From the NCBI GenBank assembly GCA_030390025.1, contig CM059425.1:166596001-166660000 (forward strand): a stretch of 64,000 nucleotides of DNA, given 5' to 3'. Shown piece after piece: positions 13,303-27,410 of this stretch. Each line of letters opens with the position of its first letter. Position 1 is the stretch's first letter. A program made the translations under genes and the position numbers. The notes below the pieces were generated by a model, which did not search any database, had not been told where the DNA came from, and saw only the letters and a program-made list of their open reading frames with translations. The DNA comes from Squalus acanthias. Lineage: Eukaryota.

Positions 13303-16300
13303 CTCAACGGGAACGGGACCAATATCCTCACGGGAGGGTTTGCTAGTGCTGTTAGGGAGGGTTTAAACTAGCTTGGCAGGGGGATGGGAACCTGAGGGTA
13401 GAAGCAGAAGGGAGAAAAGCTAAGCTGGAAACAGATGATAGGGGTTCAGGTAAAGGGGTATTTAGGAAGGCAAAGAGAAAGGAGAAGGCAATAAAGCAGG
13501 GCAACAACAGGGGTAACGATAACCAGAATGTATCAGGAAGGGGCAGAGCGTACAAGCATAAGTGTGCACCAGAAAATAGAGTCAGAGTAAGGAAAAATGA
13601 TAAGGTAAAATTAAAGGCTCTTTATCTGAATGCACGCAGCATTCGTAACAAGATAGATGAGTTGACGGCACAAATAGAAATAAATGGGCATGATCTGATA
13701 GCCATTACAGAGACGTAGTTGCAAGGTGACCAAGGCTGGGAACTGAATATTCAGGGGTATTTGACATTTCAGAAGGATAGGCAGAAAGGAAAAGGAGGTG
13801 GGGTAGCTCTGTTAATAAAGGATGAGATCACTGCAGTGGTGAAGAATGATATTGGCTCAGAAGCTCAAGATGTAGAATCAGTTTGGGTGGAGATAATAGT
13901 AAGGGTAAGAAGTCACCGGTGGGAGTAGTATATAGGCCCCCTAACAGTAGCTATACTGTAGGACAGAGTATAAATCAAGAAATAATGGGGGCTTGTAAGA
14001 AAGGTACTGCAATAATCATGGGCGATTTTAATTATCATATAGATTGGACAAATCAAATTGGCAAGGGTAGCCTTGAGGACGAGTTCATAGAGTGTATTCG
14101 GGATGGTTTCTTAGATCAATACGTTGAGGAACCAACCAGGGAGCAGGCTATTTTAGATCTGGTAATGAGACAGGATTAATTAATGATCTCATAGTAAAGG
14201 ATCCCCTAGGAAACATCATAGCATGGTAGAATTTCAAATTCAGTTTGAGGGTGAGAAACTTGTGTCTGAAACTGGTGTCCTCAACTTAAATAAAGGCAAT
14301 TACAAGGGTAGGAGGACAGAGTTGGCTAAAGTGGACTGGGAAAATAGATTAAAGGGTAAGATGGTAGATCAGCAGTGGCAGACATTTAAGGAGATATTTC
14401 ATAAATCTCAGCAAAGGTGTATTCCAGTGAGAAAGAAAGGCTCTACGAGAAGGATGCACCATCCATGGCTAACTAAGGAAGTTAAGGATGGTATCAAATT
14501 AAAAGAAAAGGCATACAATGTTGCGAAGATTAGTGGTAGGCCAGAGGATTGGGAATTTTTTAGAAACCAGCAAAGGATGACTAAAAAAATTATAAAGAGG
14601 GAGAAGATAGAATATGAGAGTAAACTAGCAAATAATATAAAAACAGTCAGTAAGAGCTTCTTCAGGTATATAAAAAGGAAGAGAGTAGCTAAAGTAAACG
14701 TTGGTCCCTTAGAGGATGAGACTGGGGAATTAATAATGGGAAATAAAGAAATGGCAAAGACTCTAAACAATTATTTTGGATCGGTCTTCACGGTAGAAGA
14801 CACTAAATACATCCCAATAATAATAGATAATCAAGGGGCTATAGGGAGGGAGGAACTTAAAACAATCTCTATCACTGGAGAAAAAGTATTAGGCAAACTA
14901 ATGGGGCTAAAGGCCGACAAGTCCCCTGGACCTGATGGCCTGCATCCTAGGGTCTTAAAAGAAGTGGCTGCAGAGATAATGGATGCGTTGGTTGTAATCT
15001 ACCAAAATTCCCTGGATTCTGGAGAGGTCCCAGCGGATTGGAAAACCGCAAATGTAACGTCACTATTCAAGAAAGGAGGGAAACAGAAAGCAGGAAACTA
15101 TAGGCCAGTTAGCCTAACATCTGTCATTGGGAAAATGCTGGAATCCATTATTAAGGAAGTAATAGCAGGACATTTAGAAAATCATAAGACAATCAAGCAG
15201 AGTCAACATGGTTTTATGAAAGGGAAATTGTGTTTGACAAATTTGCTAGAGTTCTTTGAGGATGTAACAAACAGGGTGGATAAAGGGGAACCAGTGGATG
15301 TGGTGTGTTTGGATTTCCAGAAGGCATTCGATAAGGTGCCACATAAAAGGTTACTGCACAAGATTAGAGCGTACAGGGTTGGGGGTAATATTTTGGCATG
15401 GATAGGGGATTGGCTAACTAACAGAAAACAGAGAGTCGGGATAAATGGGTAATTTTCCGGTTGGCAACCAGTAACTAGTGGGGTGCCGCAGGGATCAGTA
15501 CTGGGGCCTCAACTATTTACAATCTATATTAATGACTTGGATGAAGCGTACTGTAGCCAAATTTGCTGATGATACAAAGATAGGTGGGTTAGCAAGTTGT
15601 GAGGAGGACATTCTGGGCTGGATTTTGATACTGGGCCGGGTTGGGGTCGTGTCATCTGCATTTCGTGTTATCCACCCGACTGCATTTGGATGTGGGAGAT
15701 TGATGCAATTTTCACTTAATTGGGCAACTGAGTTCCAGCATGTGGGAACCCATGAACTAATTAGTGGTTTCAGTCTGAAAGTCGCCTCTGATGATGTCAT
15801 CATTGCTGCTGCATTGCAGGTCAGGTCAGAGACTGCCTGGCTTTTGCTGTGAGTGGACCTGGATGCAAAATGAGCAGCAGCTCAGAGAGAGAGAGAGAGA
15901 GAGAGAGAAAAAAAATGTTTTTTGCATCCAGGTCCTCTCACAGCAAAGGCCAGGCAGTCTCTGAAGACATTCAATGCAGCAGCATCAGAGGCGACTTTCA
16001 GACCTAATACTACTACTACCTTCATCACATCTCTGTTGTAATAGTGGACCTGCAGCTGATAGTCAGCTATCCACTTGTGCTCCCGCCAGGTTTCACTGGC
16101 GTGTTTCACATCAGGCGTACTTCACGTCGGAAAAGGGTTAAACTAGCTAAAACATTTCAAAATGTCATTACAGAGTCAATTTAGGGCTTGTCAAGGGCTT
16201 TAATGGCCTCTCCCGCCTCTTGGAGGCGGGACGAAGTCGGGAACACCGCACACGATTTTATCAAAATTGCGTGGAGGCGGAATGGAGGCGGGATCAGGTC

Positions 16301-17259
16301 CGCCTGCCACTTTTCGCAATTTTAACCCCCCACATGCCTCCAAACCCGCCTCCACGGCCCTATGAAAATCCAGCCCAAAGAGTCTGCAAAGGGATTTAGA
16401 TAGGTTAAGTGAGTGGGCAAAAATTTGGCAGATGGAGTATAATGTGGGAAAATGTGAGGTTGTCCACTTTGGAAGGAAAAATGAAAAAGCAAATTATTAT
16501 TTAAATGGAGTGAGACTACAAAAGGCTGCGGTACAAAGGGATCTGGGGGTCCTAGTACATGAAACACAAAAATTTAGCATGCAGGTACAGCAAGTAATTA
16601 GGAAGGTCAATGGAATGTTGGCCTTTATTGCAAGGGGTATGGAGTATAAAAGTAGAGAAGTTTTGATGCAACTTTACAGGGCGCTGGTCAGACCGCACCT
16701 GGAGTACTGTGTACAGTTTTGGTCTCCATATTTTAAGGAAGGATATACTTGCATTGGAGGCAGTACAGAGAAGGTTCACTAGGTTGATTTCTGGGATGAA
16801 GGGGTTGACGTATGACGAAAGGTTGAGCAGGTTGGGCCTATACTCATTGGAGTTTAGAAGAATGAGAGGTGATCTTATTGAAATATATAAGATTCTGAGG
16901 GGATTGACAGGGTGGATGCTGAGAGGATGTTTCCCCTAGTGGGGGTATCTAGAACTAGGGGGCATAGTTTCAGAATAAGGGGTCGCCCATTTAAGACGGA
17001 GATGAGGAGAATTTCTTCTCTCAGAGGGTCGTGAATTTTTGGAATTCTCTACCCCGGAGAGCTGTGGAGGCGGAGTCACTGAATATATTCAAGGCGGAGA
17101 TTGACAGACATTTGAACTACAAGGGAGTCAAGGGGTATGGGGAGAGAGCAGGAAAGTGGTGTTGAGGACAAGATTGGATCAGCCATGACCTTATTGAATG
17201 GTGGAGCAGGCTCAAAGGGCCGATTGGCCTACTCCTGCTCCTGTTTCTTATGTTCTTAT
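13303..17259 (+). mobile_element. CR1 LINE, 5'-truncated and degraded, split by a MITE at 15615-16376
   Basis: End of ORF1 (..FASAVREGLN*), then ORF2 motifs NARS, YRPP, GDFN, LDFQKAFDKV and KFADD with stops and frameshifts; 3' tail TTCTTATGTTCTTAT. Confidence 0.93.
15615..16376 (-). mobile_element. Non-autonomous Harbinger derivative (MITE) inside the CR1 RT region
   Basis: Perfect 12-bp TIR GGGCTGGATTTT / AAAATCCAGCCC. Subterminal regions match the ends of 22267-25536 in reverse orientation. CR1 sequence resumes after it. Confidence 0.85.
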
Positions 17260-17264
17260 TTTCT

Positions 17265-17428
17265 AATATCTCATCCGAAAGACAGCACCTCCAACTGTGC
17301 AGCACCCCCTCAGTGTTGCGCTGGAGTGTCAGCCTGGATTTTTGTGCTCAAGTCACTAGAGTGGGATTTGAATCCACAATCTTTCTGACTGAGAGGTGAG
17401 AGTGCTAGACACTGAACCATGGCTGACA
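17265..17428 (-). mobile_element. tRNA-derived SINE fragment (SacSINE1-like)
   Basis: Homologous to 11370-11523. Confidence 0.6.
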
Positions 17429-18189
17429 GCATACACCCCAGACAGTGCCTTGGATCTTACTGGCTTGAATAGCTCAGTTCCACCCTGGGTGGTACAAACG
17501 GGGCAGATTTCCCACTCTAATTACACCACGCTAATGGAATTAATAGAATAGGCAGGAGTGGCAAATCGGCTGGACAACCATTACTACAGCCGCTCAACGA
17601 TTTCTGCCAGGATTTTCTACCAGAAGTGATGGCAGACGTTGAATATTAGGACCGTAATGGTAGAGTGTCATCATATGTCACTTTTCTCTCGTTACCACGA
17701 GAGCCTCACTGGACATTAGTAACATGCATGTCACTGGTGTTCAATGTTGCTAAGGCAGAAGGGCCTTTAAATTTTAAATTCTCCTCTTAAGAAGGGGAAT
17801 CAATAGCCGAGCAATCAATTCACTCCTGTTGTCTTCAATTTTTAAATTTTAGGCATAAAAAGCCCCTCTGCTTACGTGGTCCCACAGGCAGCCAGCCTCA
17901 CTGTGTCTATCCTAACACGGTACCTGAGGCCTGCAGCAGCCATTGTCCATCCTCTATCCTGTGGCAGGCTCACCGGAGAGTGTGAACTCGACTAACCCTG
18001 GGAAATCTTCCTGGGGTCAGCAGTGCAACAGCTGGACGGGCGAGATTCCCAGGACACCACGCTTGTGGCAGCATTGCTGCCAAAGGTGAAAATCCCAGCC
18101 ACTAAGTCATGGAGTAGGAGCCTTGTTCTGCTTTCCTACATTAGTAAGGTTATATGTCTTATTTTGGACAGAAAAGAACTATTATCCAA

Positions 18190-18335
18190 GGGGAGACTGG
18201 TTAGGCACTTGAGGGAAATATACTTGCAGGGCTATGGGGATAGAGTGGGGGAATGGGACTGACTGGATTGCTCTGCAGAGAGCCGGCACGGACTCGATGG
18301 GCCGAATGACCTCCTTCTGTGCTGTTATGACTCTA
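18190..18335 (+). repeat. CR1-type 3' tail fragment
   Basis: cagggctatgggga..gagccggcacggactcgatgggccgaatgacctccttctgtgctgt stem-loop tail. Confidence 0.6.
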
Positions 18336-19994
18336 TTAGTTAACAGAACCATTGCACAAAAAAATGACATCTTATTGATTTGTGGTATGTTACAATGGAG
18401 AAGGCTGCTGCATAAAGCAGTTAAAGATAGAATTAACCTGCGCAGCATGAACAGCAATCATGCAAATGTGCACCATATGGCAAGACAGTATGAAATGTAA
18501 TCATCTAATAGTAGCTCATCCAAAATGGAATATATTTTACCATGCATCATTTCCAATTAGAATAAGAATGATAGTTGTGTAAAAAAGACAGACAGAAAAT
18601 TTTAATAAAGTGTAATTTTGAAGGGATCATTGCATAATTACATTCTGAGCAGTCCTGTAAACAAATTCTTGTCCATGGAGGATTCAGACTGTAGTATCAT
18701 TTGAGCTGATTCATCAGGACCAGCCAATGATTAATTGGGCATAATCTTAGAAACTCCAGAAAGACATTGGAGAGTAGGGTAATTCGCTATCATAATTTTG
18801 TTAACAAGAAAGAAACGCAGATAATTTAAAAACCCTACAATTTGTACTACAGTTAAAATCCAATTTGCAAATCCACATAGAAAAAAATTCCACTTCACAT
18901 AAGCAGACAGAATATACACTGAACAGCTTATGTAGTGATTTCATTGCCATGAGATTTTGTGCCGATTGGGTTTATCCTAGCACTGCTAGGTGATCTAATG
19001 AAGACTCAACTAGAAGATGATTAATAAATGAAATGAATAACTTATTGCAATGCAGCAGTTCTGTGTAAAAAAATTATGTGAATAAAATAGCATAATAATT
19101 ACACAATTCTGTTTGATTTACTTAAGTATGTTTTTTAAAAATACGTCTGGGTAGGAGAAACAAATTAACATTAGACGAAGGCTTTAGTAATTAATGTACT
19201 TTACTATACCTCCAATGCTATTACTTTTGCAGCCATTGCACCCATGTTATGGGCGGGGGCAAAAAGCAGCAATTCCGCAGGGCTATGTCCCACGCCCAAA
19301 TGACGCCAGAAGTACATCAGGTGCCATATTGGGTTGGATGATATTTAATTATCCCTGTGGCCCTCCAAAATAGGTATTCGACTCCTTACATATGCTAATG
19401 AGGGGCCTAATGCCTGTTTCATGACCCTGCTCCGAAACTTGGCAGCACTGAGTGGAGCATGCACTGCGGCCTAACCAGTGGTCCTTAATGAGAATGCTGG
19501 AGCTCACAGAACAAACGGTGAATTTTTAGTTCTTTACTAACCTTGATGTGGCGCCAGGAAGAGCAGGAGTGCTCCTCCTGGCTCCACCGCAATATTGCCA
19601 ACTGTTGCAGGCCCGCACACGTACCCCTCCCGTTTGCATTCTGGTCCCTCTTCCAGCACAAATTTGAGAGCCAATGCTATTGCAGCTGGGCCAGATTGCT
19701 ATCCAACAAACCGGCGAGCTGCCTCTGGACACCCAATATACATTAGCAGCTTACCGGAATTATTCAGATGTGGCCTGAGGCCCAATTTGAGACGAGCTTC
19801 GGGTCTGTGGTTTCTGGCACGCTCTGAGCACATCACCTATCTCAGGCCCGCAAATGGGCCTAAACCAATTTATCCCTCATCGTGTTTGCCCATATATCAC
19901 TTTCTCATGCTTATCCGTAACTTTTCTTTCCTACTTCATCCTCTTTTTTCCTATGTTCTGATTTTCTGTCTCTGTTGCATCACTGTTCCCTTCA

Positions 19995-20130
19995 TTAGGA
20001 GCATAGGAACAGGAGTAGGCCATTCAGCCCTTGAGCCTGTTCTGCAATTCAATTAGATCATGGTTGATCTGTACCTTAACTCCATCTACCCGCCTCACTC
20101 CGTAACCCTTAATACCCTTGCCTTACAAAA
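19995..20130 (-). repeat. CR1 3' tail fragment
   Basis: ggaacaggagtaggccattcagccc..agatcatggttgatc is the reverse of the CR1 tail at 50151-50247. Confidence 0.65.
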
Positions 20131-20693
20131 AGGCAGTATCACTACTGCTCTGTAGACCATGAGCTTAGTGCCGGGTTTGAGGTCCTGGTCTTCAAACACT
20201 CTCTTCCTCAGGCGACCGAAGGCTGCACTGGCACACTGAAGGCACTATCACAGCAAATAAGACATGCACTTCTGAAACTGGATACCTGTTAATAATGGAT
20301 GAACTTTGCTCGCCCAACAGATAGAGTTCCGATTCCAGTAAATATGACATAAGGAACAAAGAAAGAAAAATAAACTTCACTTATGGCCATGCAGTGATTG
20401 GCAGCACTCCTGCTCCTCCTGGCCCCACAAAAAATTGGTCCATGAAAATCATGTCAGGTTCCTACAATGGGCGTAGGACTCAGTTTTAAATATTGAGATA
20501 GTGCATTTGCCTGTTTCGGGTGTGAGCTCTGGATGCCCATTTTGAGGCCTGCTAGAAAATTGAGTTGGGTGGCCAGTGGGTGGGACATTTAAAAAAAAAA
20601 CAGTTTTCCTACTGTTCCATTTTCCAGTGTAAATGGGGTGGTAGGCATACAAAGATCATCCCATATCTTTCATTTCTGTTAGACTTCAATTCA

Positions 20694-21060
20694 AAAGCAA
20701 AATACTGCGGGTGCTGGAAATCTGAAATAAAAACATAAAATGCTGGAAATACTCAGCAGGTCAGGCAGCATCTGTGGAGAGAGAAACAGAGTTAACGTTT
20801 CAGGTCGATGACCCTGCATCAGAACTGGAAAAAGCTGGAGATGGAACAGGTTTTTAAGCAAGTGCTGGGGTAGGGAAAGGGGGGAGGGGAGGAAAGAACA
20901 AAAGGGAAGGTCTGTGATAGGATGGAAGGCAGGAGAGATTAAGCGAGATTAAGAGATGGTGCAAGGCAAAAGGAGATGGTAATGGGACAAGTTAAGAAAC
21001 AAAAGATGGCTCCAGATGAAGTGTAAATGGCAGTGGCAGAATGAAAGACAGCTGCCATGA
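20694..21060 (-). mobile_element. Penelope-like element fragment
   Basis: Terminal repeat homologous to 10040-10155, with a degenerate hammerhead-like core at ~20795-20825. Confidence 0.6.
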
Positions 21061-22266
21061 GAGAGAAAGGGAAAAAATAATTCAAGTCCATCTCAACTTA
21101 TGGAATGAAAGTTTCCATTCTCTCTGGAGCAAAATACTGGTGAACAAGAAAGAAAGGCAGAAAACAAAGTATTTTATCAGAAAATATTGAGGTATTTCAA
21201 AGGACCAGGTAGTTTATGAATCTGATATCTAAAGAATCAGCAAACAGTCCACTACTAACTTGTGTGGGTATCTCATGCATGGCGTCAACGCTCTGCAGGC
21301 AACCATGAAGCATGTGGTCACCTCAATGGCCACTGCAGCTGGGCCCCACTCCTTGCAGGAATCTGTGAGACTATTAAAAACATCATGCAAGGATGCTCTT
21401 ATTGGCAACAGGCAGGGAGAGCGAATGGATAGGGCCTCACTTGGATCATGGTTCTCCTACAGTCTGCTCTCCCACAGATCAGTAGGTGTGCTGAGCCGCC
21501 GCTTGGTAACAGGAACAGTCGTGTTATGAGAATGAAACATGGTGACAGCAGTCCTGCACCCTATGTTGCTGATATCTCCTGTGGTAGTATGGAAGGACCC
21601 AGAGCCAAAGAAGTTCAGGGCTTCAGTGACCTTGACTGCAACAGGTAATATTGTGCTAGCTAACGCAGTTGGCTGCAGATCTCTGGCAAGATGTGATACA
21701 ACTCTGTCACTGCCTCCCTCAAGAATTGAAGCGTTCTTACACACTGCTCTTCAGGAAATTGCAGGTATTTTGATCTTGGCCGATAAACTCTATTGGAACG
21801 GTAGGGATTCCTCCAAGCATGCCTCCTGCTATTTACTCTCACTCCACTGCAGCTCTGTTTGCTCCTTCTCATGCTTCTCCTCCTCTGATTCCAAGAAGGA
21901 TCTCCATCAAGAAACAACTGTAATAGCAGAAGCCCCTTACCAGTTCAGAACCTACAATAACAACTATAAACACTTTCAAATCCTTTAAGGGCAAAAAACA
22001 CACAAAATAATTGTCTCCAAAAGCTCTATATAGTTTTACCTGAGAGAAACTGAAGGACCCTTTAAATAGTGTTTAAAATTGCCACCTCAGGACTTGTACT
22101 GCCCACGGTTAGTGAGGAGGAGCAAGAAGTAATGTTAGTCAGGCAGTTAAGTTGGAAAAAGGATCGAACGGTTTCAGATAGAAGCTCCGCCTCCAGGATT
22201 AATGTCCACCAGAATATCAGGCCAGTTGTAAAGGCAGCAGTAAGTGACAGGTGGACCAGACACCAT

Positions 22267-25200
22267 GGGCTCGATTTTGCCAGGCCCGAGGAGGCGGGTT
22301 TGGAGGCGTGTGAGTTGTAAAAATGGCAAAAAATGGCGGGTGGGTCTGATCCCGCCTCCATCCTGTCTCTGAGCAATTTTCCCACATTCGTGGTTTCAGA
22401 CCCCATTTCCATCCTGCCTACAAGAGGCAGGATAGGCCCTTAAGGCCCTTAACAACCAGTTAATTGCCTCTATAATCCCATTTTGAGAGGCCTTTCTGAT
22501 TTTAACACATTTCCCCCGTCCTGCACGTCTCCTCTGGAACACGCCAGTTAATCCTGGTGGCCTCACAAGTGGATTGCTTACTAACAGCTGCAGCTCCACC
22601 ATTAAAAAGAGTTTTCACCAATGATCATTTGTAGGTGGCAGAACTTTGTTGTCTCAGGTCTGGGGGAAATTTTAGCAGGCCGACTCATTGTTGTGGAAGT
22701 TTGGAGCCTGACACCCATCTCCAGTGTGACCTCCTGGGAAACCCCACTCCCCACCTTGACTGAGCGCTTCCGCAACTGAGGTATATACCAGAAGCATGGG
22801 AACCATTTATTTCCTTCCCTCCTGGACATCAGATTTGAATGAAGACCAGCCGCGGCAGCAGCAGAACCCTCAACAACAGCAGCACCAACAGCAGCAGCAA
22901 CAACAGGAGCGTCAAGCTGCTGCTCACCCACCTGAAGCTGCACAAGCCAGAAGGCACCAGCGTGTGAGCACATTGCTGCCCGGGATGCAAGGGACGCACT
23001 CATGTCGGCCAGATTTGCTTAGCATGCACAATCAAACACTTTTGCCTCGCACCTTCTTACCAGAGCATCGACAATGGACAAGAACCTGCGGATTCCTATC
23101 ACTCTGACCACCATATTGACAATTGCAAGTCGCCCTAAGCCCTCAATGTGGAAGTCCCATTTGTGAAATGACACAGGCCACAATTTCAACAGTTTGCCAT
23201 CAAATCTGTTTATCATCACAATTCAAGGATGGCTTGTCAAAAATCAATACAACAGAACATCCAAGTGACTACCCTTGTGACTACTTGTGCTTTATCTTCC
23301 TCTTACGCGTGCTTCTATGTGGTGCTTCCCCTGTGGCTTCAACAGATGTGGAAGCCCCTTGTTCACTTTCTTGCTGCTCCTGTCTCGACACCTTTGGCGG
23401 GCGTCCTCTGGGGTTGCGAACCTGTGAGGGCTTGGCAACAGTCTGCTGCTCCTGTGGCTGTGCAGGGGCTGAGATGCACATCTCAGTTGGGTGATGACTC
23501 TGGTGGGGTTCTGACCGAGGGCTTTACAGTGGCATGGTCATGTGAGTGCTTGGAGAGGAGCCCCCACTTCCTTGTTGTCTGCCACCAACATCCCTCTCAT
23601 GGGTCAGCCCCACTTCAGATCTAGCAAGTGGCTTGACAGCACCTTGCTGCACTTCAGGGGGGCCATGAGGACCCGTTTCTGCACTGGAAGTCCTACTCCA
23701 GAGGACTTCCATGAAGGTCTGGTTTCTATGCTCAATAGCTGACCATCGCTCCTCAAGAGATGTGAGTCTATTCTGAACAATGACCATGTTTTCAATACCC
23801 TGGCGACTAAGCTCCTCCATTGCCGTAGCCATCCTCTCCTCTACCATAGCCAACCTCTCCTCTATGGTATCCAGCCTTACCAAGGAGGTAGCCATCCTTT
23901 CCACGGAGGTTGCCATCTTTTCCGTGGTGATACGCTCATGTGCCAATGCCTCCACAAAGGCTCTGCTCATGTTCAAGATGAACTCCTCCATTCGCTCCAC
24001 ACTCGCAGCAACCCTGACCCTGGAGACTCCTGCACCTGTTGCTGGAGTTCCAGCACCTCTCTCCTTCTGGATGGACCCGGAGGCACAGGGTTGACATGCA
24101 GCTGAGCCGAGCTGGGAGAGTCCTGCGCCCTCCGACGAGGACTCTCCACTGCTGTCCCTGTCCCCACCATCTGCTGATGCTCACTTGTGATCTGTGATAC
24201 ACCAGGTGACAACACTACTCTATCCCGCGAAGGTCCCACCGAGGTGTGAGTGTCTGCGCTGGTGCTGGGTGCACTGAATTCTGCTCATTGCAGCTTCCTC
24301 TGAGGAGTCTTGAGGCTCAGGCTGCTCCTCCTGGACATTGGGGACGGGAGCTCTCGATGGTCCTGTGGGGGAGTAAAGGAAAGAGTTCGAGATGTGAGGT
24401 AAAGGTTGCTTGCACATTGAATTGTGCAGATGATCATAAGTCAATCTGTTAGAGCATCAGAATCATTATCAGTCACTCATGCAATGTCAACGAGAGAGAT
24501 GCAAAACTATTCTGTCACCAGCTTGCTGTGATGCGCCCCTCTGTCCGTCCCCCACTTGCGAATGTCCTCCACTCCGACGATCTCCAGGGCCGCCTCCTCC
24601 GAAGTGGTGAGCTGGGCTATTGAGGGTGGCCCTCCTCCTGTCCTTGCTCTTTCCCTCTTATTGTGGGCTCCCTTTTCCTGCAATGAGGGACACAAGTGGA
24701 GTTTGAGTGAGAATGAAGGAGTGAGTGTAGAGAATCCATAGTATAGATACTTAGAAGGACACAAAGATGGAGTGAGGTGCCAAGACCAAGGGCCCTCCCT
24801 GTGTGTTGTAAGTTGTTGTCATAGCATCACAGTGATAGAGAGTGCGAGGACTGCATTGTCGAATAGTTAAGTGAATGTGAACATACAGAGAGAGGGAATG
24901 GGTAAGGGTGCAGGGATGTAAGGGTCAACTGGGATGTGGAGGAGGAGGTTGACAAAGCAGAGTGCTGGTGATGAGAGGCGATGGGGATCAGATTGAGGGT
25001 GATGGGAAAGTTATACTCACTTTTCCTGTGCGGAGAAGGTCATGAAACCTCTTCCTGCACTGCAGCCAGGTTCTGCTGCACATAGAAATTGCGTTGACCT
25101 CCTGGTCCATTTGCTGCTACACAGCTTTAGTCTGCTGGGGAGGCTTTTTCCTCCCTGAGGAAGGGAAGAGCAGCTCCTTATTTGCTCTTGCTCCCTCCAC

Positions 25201-25536
25201 CAGAGCTTGGAGGGAGGCCTCATCAAATCTTGGAGCACACTTTGGTCCACTGGTGGACATAATTGCTGAAGGAAACGCTCAGAACAATGGGCATAAAGTT
25301 TAAAGGCTGAAAAAGAAGCTGCTTGCAGGCCTTAAATCCAGCAGCATTGATGACGTCATCAGAGGCGACTTTCTGTATGAAAAGACTCATTGGGCCAGGG
25401 GTTTCCACACGCTGGAAATCAAGTGCCCAATTAGGGCAAAATTGCACTTTTGTCCCACCTCACATCGGAGGCGGGGTCCTGACACGACGACCACCTGACA
25501 CGCCCCCAGCCTGCCTCCAGTGGCAAAATCAAGCCC
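22267..25536 (+). mobile_element. Internally deleted Harbinger retaining the Myb/SANT gene
   Basis: TIR GGGCTCGATTTTGCCA / TGGCAAAATCAAGCCC; only the 5' stub of the transposase (~22797-23050) remains; no TSD recognisable. Confidence 0.8.
23280..25260 (-). pseudogene. Harbinger Myb/SANT-like gene relic (exons 25260-25021, 24677-~24520, 24362-~23280)
   Basis: Motifs APRFDEASL.. and WLQCRKRFHDL; exon 2 EKGAHNKRERARTGGGPP; heptad-like MERMEE..MATSVERMATS region in exon 3. Confidence 0.75.
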
Positions 25537-27321
25537 TTTATTTTCCGCCTGTTACTGCCCTGTATTTGAGTGCATTGAGGTGGAAAATCGTGCCCCATAT
25601 AATCTAAAAAAGTAGGTATCAATGTCAAGCTGTAATATAACAACACCATGAGAGTATTCACCTTGCATTAATGTATATAATGCAGATGTTTTATGCAAAG
25701 ATCCTGAGTGAAAAAACAGTTCATCTTATTTTCATGACAAACTCAATTAAGATACCTATGATTTATCTGTGGCCAAAAGACTGCAAGATTATGGATTAGT
25801 GCTCCACTATCTAACAGGACCTTGAGTCATACATCATAAGCAAAGACAGTTCCAACAAGAGAAAATGTATTTCACTACTGTTCAAATAAACTATTGATCT
25901 TTTCAACATACTATAACTCTGCTGTGCAAAATTAGCAATGTCCTCCTATTCCATTATTCAAACATAAACTCATTTGTCAGTTTCACTCTTAATCCTGCCC
26001 TTCCCTTTGGTGAATTCAAATCATTTGCTTTCTACTTTAGTTTGTGCAATTTCAGGTTATTTCTTCTTTATTCATGTGTCTCATCTGATATTGCCTATGA
26101 AACTTGCTTCTGAAGCAATTTTACAACTTTTAAGGCTTGTGTGGTCTTCTGAGAGCTGAAAAATGCAATAAATATGGAAATATATTTTCTTAGTTTGGCA
26201 TAAGTGCTATTAATGCGAGGCACAGATTAATTTTCTTTCTTGTCTGGGGTGTTAGACAGGGCTACAGTTACTGCCTAATTGGATATCAGTGGCATGTTAA
26301 ATCGAGACTGCTAATTTTTCTCCTAGGTATTATTTGAATCTGAGTCCAACTCAACTTCAACAATCTGCTTTTAAAGGGCCATTTTTGCTTGCTTAAATAA
26401 CATATGGCCTTCTCCACACAAAAAGTGGTTTACCAAGCCTATATTCACAAAGCAAGAAGGTATCACTGTGCAACAGTATCTTGAAGGTCACATCTTTGCA
26501 ACAGTTAAAAAAGGTCATTATTATTATAAAATAAGACTCCATTACTGGCTACCATTTTGAATATCCTTGAATTAAGCATAGAAATGCCTAGAAAATCTTA
26601 CCTTAAGGCTTTCTCACTTACATAGAATCATGTGAATTCATCTTGGTTGGTCTAAATTGATATTTACTGTTAATCTGTCAGTGATTAATAGTGGTGTGGG
26701 GGGGGAAGTCCGGAGGCGATTCCGATCGGGAAGAAGGAGGAAAGCACTCCTGCCACAAGGAAACCTGAAATTTTTTTCAAGACTTACTTTTGTGGGCCTC
26801 TTTTTGCCCCACTCCTGCATGCTGCCAGCTTTCACTGGCAGCTCCAGCACAGGGCATCACTGCCGTGATCTGTAGGTAAAAGTGTGTTGGAGTGTGAATG
26901 ACGTCATCAGACCCTGAGATTTAAACATGAGGCCCCCGCCATGACTGCAGCAGGTAGCTCCGATGCTGCAGAAAACCTGGCAGTTAAAATTGTGGCAGGT
27001 GCGAATGTCGGGAATGCAATGGGAAGTGCCCAGCCGCCATTTTATTCACACGCCACCCCATTTCCGCTAGGCAGGAAGATTAAAATTGGCCCTATAGAGT
27101 TCCGTGGTGAATGGATTAAAACTAAACTTAAATTTGAATGGTAAAAGTTAGGGCTAACAGTACTAAAGGCAATCATGGGGAATATAGAAAGTATACATGG
27201 GTACACTAGCCTAGTGGTTATGTTAATGGACTAGCAACTTAGATGTCGTGAGTTCAAATTTCACTGTGGTAAATTATGAAACTGAATTCAATAACTATGG
27301 TAATACATGTATAAAATTGAG

Positions 27322-27410
27322 AGGTCGCACAACACCAGGTTATAGTCCAACAGTTTTATTTGAAATCACAAGCTTTCAGAGCTATCGATTGCTCCTTCCT
27401 CAGGTGAAGT
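27322..27410 (-). repeat. Penelope terminal fragment with degenerate hammerhead-ribozyme core
   Basis: Minus strand reads CCTGAGGAAGGAGC-AATCGATA-GCTCTGAAAGCTTGTG. Confidence 0.55.

Larger units (their letters stand above)
21250..25596 (-). mobile_element. Old Harbinger element (transposase relic at ~21450-21920) interrupted by the element at 22267-25536
   Basis: Minus-strand YLQFPEEQCVRTLQF..LPVAVKVTEALNFFGSGSF..TGDISNI is a HARBI1 N-terminus. Terminal GGAAAATCGTGCCCC at 25582-25596 lies beyond the nested element. Confidence 0.65.

Noticed and set aside
22850..22910. Poly-Gln coding repeat
   Set aside because: It is a CAG/CAA-rich stretch in the N-terminal stub of a deleted Harbinger transposase, with no intact gene.
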